NCBI GenBank assembly: GCA_973895155.1
Contig: OZ316897.1
Coordinates: 16,970,058-17,034,057, forward strand
Source of the DNA: Marsupella aquatica
Taxonomy: Eukaryota; Plantae; Marchantiophyta
Direction of reading: 5' to 3'
Length of the DNA stretch: 64,000 bases
The notes below the pieces were generated by a model. It was given only the letters and a program-made list of their open reading frames with translations. It ran no database searches and was not told the DNA's origin. Below are positions 39,701 to 48,654 of the stretch, one piece after another. Both the position numbers and the translations under genes were made by a program. The first letter of the stretch is position 1, and each line of letters opens with the position of its first letter.

Positions 39701-40633
39701 ATTTGTTTGTTGGATCTTTTTGGTGGGATTAGCACTGGATTGGCTGCTATTCTTCAGGCAGGAATTCATGTGTGTCGTTATTTGTATGTGGAGACAGATG
39801 AGACAGCACGGTGGGTCTCATTGCGACATATGGCTATGTTGGTGGATAGATATCCACAGTTGCTGCCAGTGGATGTTGTTCGTGGTTATCAGCATGCACT
39901 ACCTGCTGATATTTCATTGTTGGGGGCGGATCATCTGCATCGTGTTGGCCCCATTGATTTGGTGATTGCTGGTTGGCCATGTCAGGGCCAATCTAGAGCT
40001 GGCGTTGGGCATGGACTTCATGATCCACGCTCTGCATTGTTTTGGGAGATATTACGGGTGCTGCATCATCTCCAGCTACATCAGACACAGTCTCCAGCAT
40101 ACATTTTGGAGAATGTGCCATTGTTAGGTGATGATCGTAGTCGGATTGTTGCCAGTGTTCACCAGGTGAGGTCTTGGATTGGACCTGCTATGTTATTGGA
40201 TGCTGCACGTATGGGTTATCGTGCACATCGTCCACGCTTGTGGTGGACTAATTTGATCCCATGTGAGGTGCTGAAGCGCGCATTTGACAGCATTTCACGC
40301 TCACCAGCCTTAGTGGTGGATGATATTTTGGATCCAGGGCGTCGTGCATACGGTGTGACCCAACCTGATAGACCTCCATTGGCAGTGGTCAATGCAGTTG
40401 GGCGCCCACGTTGTGCATTACCCACTCTTGTCAGCCATTCTGCTTCATATGCATTCAGAGGAGGTGGCCCTGGACTTTTGTGGGACACAGCTCTCCAGCA
40501 GTTAGTGGAGCCTACTGTTGATGAGAGAGAGCGTGCTATGGGATTTTTGACTGGCACCGCTGTAGTTGCCTCTGTGTTAGAGGGTTTGCGACGCCAGGTT
40601 CTTGGTCAAGCAATGGATTTGAATTGTTTGACT
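39701..40633 (+). other. Element 2 C5 DNA methyltransferase domain, DNMT3-like, with intact catalytic motifs
   Basis: LDLFGGISTG, YVETD, DLVIAGWPCQG, DPRSALF, ILENV, AHRPRLWWTNL, ERERAMGF, VLGQAMD. No stop inside ORF 39572-40636. Confidence 0.93.
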
Positions 40634-43600
40634 TAGATTATTAGCTTGGGAGTAGCTGAACAGTTGCGGATGCGCTCTGCTAGAATTACTGATTGTCCCT
40701 TGGTGAGCTTGCGGTCCACTGAGACAGTACTGATCATAGCTGGGGGCGAGCAGATAGTCCATGGACCTATGGCAAGATTGGCCAAGGTTGGACAGATTGT
40801 TGAGCAGGAAGGGACTGCTCAATCTACTACTAAATAGCAATCATCAACTATCTCTTCTACCCTACAAAGAGATATTAGGGATTTGGTGGAGAGTTGGGAA
40901 CCACAGCTTGGCCCTAAGTTGACAGGGGAGGAAAGACGTCGCATGCATCGATTCCTGAAGAGTTACTGGAATTGTTTTGCATTTAGCATGAAGGATTTGG
41001 GGACACTGAAGGGTCCTGGTATTCAGATTGAATTGGCTAGTGATGCGCCAATCTTTCGTAGGCCATACCGTTACAGTGACATGGAGAGAGCTCTAATTCA
41101 AAGCAAAACTCAAGATTTGTTGGAGGCTGGATTGGTGGAGATTTCATATGGGGAGTATGCATCTGCCATAGTGATGCTAGCCAAGAAGGATGTGCATGGT
41201 AATTACACAGATAGGCGCATGTGTGGTGATTACAGACCCATTAATCGCCAGACAAAATCTGATAGATATGCCATGCCCACACCTGAGGAGATCTTTGATG
41301 TTGTGAGGCATGCAAAGGTTTTCAGTTTATTGGATCTGAGGGTAGGGTACCATCAGCTTCCAATTAGGCATGCTGACAGGTCCAAGACAGCATTCTGGGG
41401 GATTGATTCTTATGGCAAAGATCGTTTGTATGAGTGGTTATTCTTACCATTTGGGTTGAAGAATGCACCAGCTGAGTTCCAGAGAGTCATGGATTGAATC
41501 CTTGCAGGTTTGGATTTTGTCAAATGTTATATTGATGATATTTTGGTCTATTCTGCTACTGTGGAAGAACATCAACAGCACTTGCAGATTGTGTTGGAGA
41601 GATTGAGAGCACATGGGTTGAAGCTCCATCCTGGCAAGTGTAAGTTCTTCCAAGACCAGATTGAGTATTTGGGCCACACTATATACCCAGGGGGATTGGG
41701 TGTACAGTAGACTAAAGTGGAGGCCATTACACAGATTCATTGTCCTACTGATGTGAGTAGAGTTCGTGCATTCTTGGGATTGGCGAGCTACTACAGGAGG
41801 TATGTTAAAGGATTTAGCCAGCTTGCTAAACCTTTGACCATACTCACTAAGTTGGATCAGGAATGGATTTGGGGTGATGACCAGGAGCATGCCTTTCAGG
41901 AGTTGAAGCAAAGGTTGGCATCATCCCCTATTTTGAGAAGACCCATTTCAGGCAGACCATTTCAGCTACACACTGATTGGAGTGGAGTAGGACTTGGAGC
42001 AGTGCTGACTCAGAAGGATGATGAGGGGAATGAGTTTGTTGTGGCTTATGCGAGTAGATCAAACAATTCAGCAAAGGCTAAGTATAGCTCTTATGAGGGA
42101 GAGTGTTTGGCAGCAGTGTGGGCTGTTGCACACTTTTGTTGCTACTTGTTTGGTAACCCCTTCACCTTGATCACTGATCATCAGCCTCTTAAGTGGTTAA
42201 TGGAGTCTGACAAGCTTACAGGGAAGCTTGCACGATGGGCATTGTTGTTATAGGAGTATGATTTCCAGGTGGGACATAGGCCTGAAAAAGTGAACTTGGA
42301 TGCAGATGGATTAAGCCGCAATCCATGTACCAGTCAGCAAGATGAGACTGGAGCCAGATGGCATGATGAGTCAGATAAGGAGATGGTGCCAGGATGGCAT
42401 GCATCTGCCTTTCTTTGTTGGGTGCCAGCATACAGTGGATCTATGGACTCTACCTCATTGGATGGAGTGGATGATGAGTCTTCAGATGTGGATGTTAGTG
42501 AGGTAACTACTGGACAACAAGATATTCACAATGATGTGAGAGTGTTGGAATATCTACGCAGTGGTTCTATTGTTGGCAGTGTTGATGCCAAGGAACGTGA
42601 CAGGGTTCTACAGAGAGCCAAGAGGTTTCGATGGGAGGGAAACCATCTTTTGAGAGTATTGCATGATGGTAGAGTGTTGGTGGTCCCAAAACCATCACAA
42701 AGAGTACATTTGGTGCGACATGCGCACGAGGATCTGGGTCACTTTGGTGTAAAGCGCACTTACAGCTTGCTACAGACACAGTATTGGTGGCGTGATATGC
42801 ACACTCATGTCCAACAGTTGATAGCTAAGTGTGTGGTATGTGATAGAGTGAGAGCATCATTTAATGCTCCCACTCCCCAGTTGCACCCGTTGCCGATCAT
42901 GGGTTTGGGATATCGTTGGAGTTTGGATTTTGCTGGTCCATTACCTCTTACCCAACGTCATAATCGGTATGTTTTGGTCATGGTGGAACACTTCTCCAAG
43001 TGGATTGAGCTAGTGGCATTGCCAGATAAAGCCAGTGGAGGAGTTGCTGCTACATTTTTGGATCGTGTACTCAGTCATTTTGGAGCACCAACTGAGGTGT
43101 TGACTGATCAGGGAACTGAGTTCCGTGGAGAGTTTGAGAGTTTGTGTGAACAAGCTCTGATTGATCATCGTACTACCTCTTGTGATCATCCTGAGGCAGA
43201 TGGATTAGCTGAGAGAGTTGTGCAAACTGTGAAGAGAGGATTGCGTAAGTATGGCTTGCACGTTGGTCATCTGGGAGATTGGGATCTCTAGCTACCTTGG
43301 TTAGCTATGGGCTACCGTTTCAGTCGGCAAGCATCACTTGCATCCTTCTCACCTTACTTCTTGCTCTATGGTAGAGAGCCAGATTTGCCAGCAGCTATTC
43401 GTTGTGATGTTGCATCAGTTGTGAACTTGGATGATCCTGATGTTTGGGTCAAGGTGTGTTCAGAGAGAGCACGGGTATTTCAGCGAGTGATGCCCATGGC
43501 TTTCGACAACCTTGCCATTGCCCAACATCGTGATACTTTGAGGTATGCCACTATTCGTGGAGGAGGTTACCGTGCAAGCATTCGGCGATTTCATCCTGGT

Positions 43601-43822
43601 GATTATATTTATTTGGAGCAGACAGCACCCACGACACTTGATGTGACCGCAGGCCGGACAATCTTACGTGTGCATGAAGTGTTTCCTTCTGGTGTCCTGA
43701 TGTTGGAGGGACGCGATGGTATGGTTTGGAAGGATCATGTGCACAATTGTGCACCATGTCACCTTCCCAACATTGATGGTACAGTAGATCCAAGCTTGGC
43801 ACATGTTCATGCTGGCTTGAAA

Positions 43823-43963
43823 TGTATGTTGTGTGGATCTGCTCAGGGAGCAGCTACTATGTTGATTTGCGATAAGTGTTCTAGAGGATGGCACATGTCA
43901 TGTTTGACACCACCATTGCAGGTGATTCCTAGTGGATCATGGTTGTGTCCTCAGTGTCGGTGA
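43823..43963 (+). other. Element 2 C-terminal PHD finger on the integrase
   Basis: CMLC-x11-CDKC-x4-HMSC...WLCPQC = C4HC3 with the conserved Trp before the last Cys pair. Confidence 0.93.
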
Positions 43964-44136
43964 AGCCGACTAGTTATCATTTGTGTTCTCTTGGAAGATA
44001 TGGATTGCAGGTAGGTGATCGATGGGGCTCACTTGCACCCAGCCTCCTGATCTTCACACCTAAAAAGGTGTATATCAACCTTGTAGAACTCATGGCTAGC
44101 TAGAGTTAGGGGACCTTACTCCCAGCTAGGGGGGCG

Positions 44137-44274
44137 ATTGTGGGTTTTGGACATGTGTGGACATGAGTTCCACTTGTATTCCATTCTCTTGTGTTTGTGA
44201 TGTGGTAGTGTGACTATGTTTGGATGTATGTGATAAGCGATGTATGTTGTGTAGCGATATGTATGCGCACGACA
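44137..44274 (+). repeat. Element 2 repeat B1 (138 bp), after polypurine tract AGGGGGGCG (44128-44136)
   Basis: ATTGTGGGTTTTGG...GCGCACGACA matches 44605-44742 and is followed by GC (44275-44276). Confidence 0.95.
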
Positions 44275-44276
44275 GC

Positions 44277-44604
44277 TGTCACACCATTCTGAGTAGTGTA
44301 GTAATATATCATGCTATTAGAGTATGTACGTTTGGTATGAGTGCTATTGGAGCCGATAAGGTTCCGTCAGGTTTGTGTGAGAGGGTACTTCTCACTTGTG
44401 AGGCATTGAAAGGTCATCTTTCAATGTTGAGCCTTGGAGAGAGAGGAGCTTGAGTGGCTATGGTGGCTGTGAGCTCCGCTTGTGTAACGTGGATTCTTTG
44501 AGTAGTGCAAGGTGCGTTGGCTTGACATATGTGTGTGATCGGATCGGTGCGGGATCAATGGGGTATTGTTGACCGGGATCGTTGTGCCGATTGTATTGAG
44601 ATTA
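44277..44604 (+). repeat. Element 2 repeat A2 (328 bp)
   Basis: Copy of 35147-35474. Confidence 0.95.
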
Positions 44605-44742
44605 ATTGTGGGTTTTGGACATGTGTGGACATGAGTTCCACTTGTATTCCATTCTCTTGTGTTTGTGATGTGGCAGTGTGACTATGTTTGGATGTATGTG
44701 ACAAGCGATGTATGTTGTGTAGCGATATGTATGCGCACAACA
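44605..44742 (+). repeat. Element 2 terminal repeat B2 (138 bp)
   Basis: Copy of 44137-44274; ends ACA, then TSD ACCA. Confidence 0.95.
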
Positions 44743-44746
44743 ACCA

Positions 44747-44828
44747 TCTTTTCTGCCTTCGGCCTGAACTTACCCAGGTGCCAGAAGGGTTATGGTTTTG
44801 CCCTTCCTGTGCTCCACGTGCTACCTGA
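44747..44828 (+). pseudogene. C-terminal half of the element 1 PHD finger and its stop codon
   Basis: Removing 35147-44746 restores ...CKVC...[37 protein letters not shown] (C4HC3). Confidence 0.93.
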
Positions 44829-44867
44829 ATTTTCTTCAACCCTCCTTTTGGCTGTGGTCTGGGGGGG

Positions 44868-45043
44868 ATACAAAGGTTTACACCTCCACTACGTACATAC
44901 CACTTCATTTGCTTTTTCTTGGCACTTGTGAATGTGATTGGACTTTTTCTATGCATGTTGGTTGCTAGCAGCTTGCACATATGCCTTGCCGGTGACTTGT
45001 ATGTTTTCGATACACTATGGCTACGATACTATATGTCACAACA
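44868..45043 (+). repeat. Element 1 repeat B1 (176 bp), directly after a G7 polypurine tract (44861-44867)
   Basis: ATACAAAGGTTTACACC...GTCACAACA matches 45404-45579 and is followed by spacer GC (45044-45045). Confidence 0.95.
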
Positions 45044-45045
45044 GC

Positions 45046-45403
45046 TATCATGCTGAGGGACAGTGCCTCTTATGCACATCGGCATGTCCCTCGCCTGCCC
45101 GCTAGGTATGTAGTTAGGGCTAGTGTACTACCTGAGTTAGCGACATGTTCTTGTAGCAAGTCTGGGCCATTCTTGAAGCAAATGTGCTTGTTAGTGTGAC
45201 GCCAGGACTTTGCTTGCTTAGGGCATGTCTTTCTTTGTGGGTTTTCAGTTCTTCTTGAATCGCTGTTGACAGAGCTCAGACAGTGCTCGTCAGTTCCGTA
45301 CATGGGATTCACACAGTGATTCGTTAGATGCTCCTGGCCGATCTTGGCATCCTGCCGGTTTTCAATTCGATTTCAGTACAATTGTTTCTCTTACGCCTTT
45401 TAT
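45046..45403 (+). repeat. Element 1 repeat A2 (358 bp)
   Basis: Copy of 25879-26236 with identical length. Confidence 0.95.
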
Positions 45404-45579
45404 ATACAGAGGTTTACACCTCCACTACGTACATACCACTTCATTTGTTTTTTCTTGGCACTTGTGAATGTGATTGGATTTTTTCTATGCATGTTGGTTG
45501 CTAGCAGCTTGCACATATGCCTTGCCGATGACTTGTATGTTTTCGATACACTATGGCTACGATACTATATGTCACGACA
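45404..45579 (+). repeat. Element 1 terminal repeat B2 (176 bp)
   Basis: Copy of 44868-45043; ends CGACA, then TSD ATGT. Confidence 0.95.
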
Positions 45580-46289
45580 ATGTGAACCAACAAGTGTTAA
45601 GGGGTCCAATGCATTTAGGCAAACGGATTTTGGCGGGGTCACTGGTGCACTAACTGCCCAAGTTGGACCACAGATTTTTGACCTGCAAACCGGCTGCAGC
45701 ATTACTACCATGTAAAACCTCCACAGAACAGCTGGTTTGAGATGCCCTACTAAGTACTTCACCAAATCATCCTTACTCGTAGTCGCGCTTAGTTGCATTT
45801 TAAAAATGCTTTGTCATGGTTTGGGCACAGTTCCCTCATGGTTGCAGTTTAGGCTTACTAAAAAAGACAAGGATCTGAAGACCACAACAACAATAATTGT
45901 GATGTGTTGTCGACGGGAGCCATTTGGAAACTTTGAAAGTTTTGGGGCTCAGGCGTACTTAGCTTGGAGGGCCCATCAAATAAATGCGTTGGGGACAAGC
46001 ATTCCAAACTAATAATGCACTCCTTCAGCATTTCATATTAACCAGAAGGACTACAGTCGTGGACTACTCTGTAGGACGATGATAATTTTGATGCTAGACG
46101 AGACTGGTGGCAAGTGAAACCAATAATGGAGGCTGAGGATGGACCTTCGTTGACCTGTGTTCGTTGTCGTAATAGCAGAAATCTACAGAAAGTTGACGGA
46201 AGGAAATGACTGTGCTACTTTGTTCGACTGTGTGTGGGCACCACTTGGGCAGAATTGCGGGACTCGGTTATTAGGCGCAGTACGGTCCA

Positions 46290-46723
46290 ACCCAAATTCC
46301 CAATTCTTTTGACCTCAAAGACCGAGAAACCGGAATCAAACCAAGAAGCACGCCAAGACTAGAATAAAATAATATAGCAACGCCAGGATTTGTACGGTAT
46401 AGAAAATCCCAGAACTTAGTACCAGACTACTATGTGCACACGAGAAAACTATGTCGGAATCGTTAGGAATGCAGCATCGAGAGTGATGATTGAGCCATGG
46501 AGGAGGTAGGGCGTGGGTGTGACTTGGTACTTGGGAGCATGGGAGCAGGACAGTCCATCCCAAATCCCCAATGCTTTTGACCTCATGACCGCGAAACCGG
46601 AATCAAAACAAGATCTATTACACCAATGGCAATGCCAAGACTTGCACGGGCGGTACAGGAAAATCCCAGGACCTTGGTACTACCGGACCATGTACACGAG
46701 AAAACTACGTCCGAATCGTTAGG
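46290..46723. repeat. Diverged direct repeat of about 170 bp (46290-46466 and 46559-46723)
   Basis: Both copies contain CCCAAAT.CCCAAT.CTTTTGACCTCA, GAAACCGGAATCAAA, GAAAATCCCAG, ACACGAGAAAACTA and GAATCGTTAGG. Confidence 0.8.
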
Positions 46724-48476
46724 CGTGCACCGCATCGATCTCCGTACCCACTTTAGGTCCACGCCTCGCGAGACAACCTCAACTACTAGTCAGTGTTCAC
46801 TAGCTCACTACGTTTGTACTCGTGTGCTGCGGAGGTCTTAAAAAAGTGTGTAGGGAGCTGGAGAGGAGACACGTCAAGTAGCTCACATTCACAAGCTCAC
46901 AACTGTGCGTTTGTGCTAGTGTGTACTGTAAACCTGAGTGGGAGGTAGAGTGGAGACAACTTAATTAACTCACATGTTCATGTAATGGACTAACGTACGG
47001 TGAAAAAGGAGAGTAGAAGAGGAAGAAGTGGAGAAGGAGACAGCTTTTCTCACTTTTCTTCTCTTTTCTTCTCTTTTCTTCTTTTTCTCGTTTAGACGAG
47101 ACAGTATTCTACTGGAGCAATGCTGTTTGTATATCCGTCAGCTTTCGAGTGAGATCGTGGATGCTGATTCCGTACTCTTTACTGGAAACTGTTGGGCACA
47201 TGGTTCTAGACAGTAGACACTTTAGGGGAATTTAGGGGATTGTTTTCCATGTCTATTCCAAGGTTTCAGGACGGTGTTCCCTTTACCACGACGACGAGTC
47301 AAAGTGTTCTGGACAGTTATAACATTCCATCGTCACATGATCTTAGTGGGGCAACTGGACGTTACAGTACATGAACACGTAACAAAGCACTAAAGCGTGG
47401 TGCAAAGTGTAACAGTTTTGTGGGGACGCGGGAATTCGATGCATTCCAATTTTCAGGTCGGAAGACACCATTCATGATTGGTATCACGTGTTCAGCGGAA
47501 ACAATGACTCGCGATAGCTCAAAAGTGAACGGATAACTTACCTTATTTCTACGAGTGCTTTTATACTAAGATGTGTTACTTTGCCACCGATTTTAGGCCA
47601 TATTATTGTTCTCACCCAAGACAACTCCGTATGATTGTACAGTTACCTCTCTCTAAGTGCATGTTTATAGGGAAGACGGCCCTGCATGCACTAAACCAGG
47701 TGTTGCATTCCTTGATAGGCACACACCCCCTAAAAAGTGCATTGATTGATTTAGATTCCTTTGTTAGATATGGGGCCCCTCTCTTAGTGAGTAGTCAGCC
47801 TCTTACTTTGTATCCCTGCCCTAATTCTGTGCCCACCCTCCTTAAGTGCATTATATACTCTACTAAGGATGGGCATTCATTTATCTGTAAATGCAATTTT
47901 GTGATTTTGTGCATTTACCATTGAGCATAGAGACACTTATCAAGGTTAGGCACTTCTAAAGTTGTCTTTGAGCGATTGAAATTATTTTGGCCCTGTGTGC
48001 GTTCACAAAATATGCTTTAGAAGCACTTATCCAGTGTTAAAAAAAAGGAAGAACTACATGACCTGCACTAATCAAGGGTAAGTGCATGTGGAGTGTGCAC
48101 TTAGAGAGAGGCGACTGTGCTCCCTTTTGTTTTCTAAGAACATAGCCCTTCAACAAATTTGCTAGTGGTTAAGAGGGCACATACTAGGAGAGGGAGGACA
48201 TATGGCTACATATAGGGTGAGATTATGTATAGAAAGTAGGGAATAAGTACAGGAAGAAGGATGTATATACACGTAGGAGGGGAGTACATACAGGGCTAAG
48301 TAAAATCAGGACGGGAATGCGACTTTTCTGGAGGAGGTGCAAAGAGCTAATCTCTTCATTTGATGCAAAGAAAACTAACTCTATTCACTACTGGGTGGAA
48401 ATAGGGGCATTTTGATTAAAAAAACATAAAACAGGAATTTTCACTATGTAAGTGACATATAATATGTTACCTAAAG

Positions 48477-48654
48477 TATGTCCAAACATGAAAGTTATGT
48501 GCACTACCCATAGTATGTTCAAACATGTAAGTGACCAGGGGTCGTTATGTGCACAACCCATAGTATGTCCAAACATGTAAGTGACCAGGGGTCGTTATGT
48601 GCACTACCCATAGTATGTCCAAACATGTAAGTGACCAGGGGTCGTTATGTGCAC
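48477..48654. repeat. Tandem repeat, 50-bp unit, about 3.5 copies
   Basis: Unit GTATGTCCAAACATGTAAGTGACCAGGGGTCGTTATGTGCAC(T/A)ACCCATA. Confidence 0.9.

Larger units (their letters stand above)
36413..43963 (+). pseudogene. Element 2 gag-pol polyprotein (Gag, protease, C5-MTase, RT, RNase H, integrase, complete PHD), disabled; true start not resolved
   Basis: Gag (FQRKTGESLREAYTRMRRL; knuckle CDHCGAPGHTKDRC) rejoins in frame after removing the 37219-37911 insertion plus one TSD copy. One frameshift near 38395. ORFs at 38294, 39011, 39224, 39572, 40646, 40883, 41510, 41717, 42269 and 43307 share one frame: LLDTGA, YIDDILV, TDWSGVG, WSLD/LTDQGTEF/GLAER. Confidence 0.93.
35147..44742 (+). mobile_element. 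Inner Ty3/Gypsy-type retrotransposon (element 2) with C5-MTase, PHD and the same split-repeat architecture
   Basis: Starts TGTCACACC and ends GCGCACAACA; 4-bp TSD ACCA (35143-35146 / 44743-44746). Same domain order as element 1, but apart from the termini the repeat sequences show no visible similarity. Confidence 0.96.
25879..45579 (+). mobile_element. Outer Ty3/Gypsy-type retrotransposon (element 1) carrying a C5 DNA methyltransferase and PHD finger, with split direct repeats A1...B1-gc-A2-B2; interrupted by element 2 and a MITE
   Basis: Begins TGTCATG (25879) and ends CACGACA (45579), flanked by 4-bp TSD ATGT (25875-25878 / 45580-45583). Domain order is gag-PR-MTase-RT-RH-INT-PHD. RT-RH before INT is the Ty3/Gypsy order. 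Confidence 0.95.

Noticed and set aside
44137-44742. Assembly artefact or chance tandem LTR duplication as the cause of the B-A-B end
   Set aside because: Repeat copies differ by scattered transitions, TSDs are intact, and the same arrangement with the same GC spacer occurs in the second family with different repeat sequences.
25879-45579. Classification as DIRS/PAT/Ngaro (tyrosine-recombinase) elements because of the split repeats and a methyltransferase
   Set aside because: The elements encode an aspartic protease and an HHCC/DDE integrase and have 4-bp TSDs. No YR ORF is visible, and the MTase is C5-cytosine type rather than the Dam-like domain of DIRS.
47010-47090. Purine/pyrimidine fold-back resembling a miRNA precursor
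   Set aside because: Pairing comes from low-complexity GA/CT tracts and I recognise no conserved plant miRNA sequence.
48477-48654. CRISPR-like array
   Set aside because: Head-to-tail 50-bp units without unique spacers, no cas genes, eukaryotic context.
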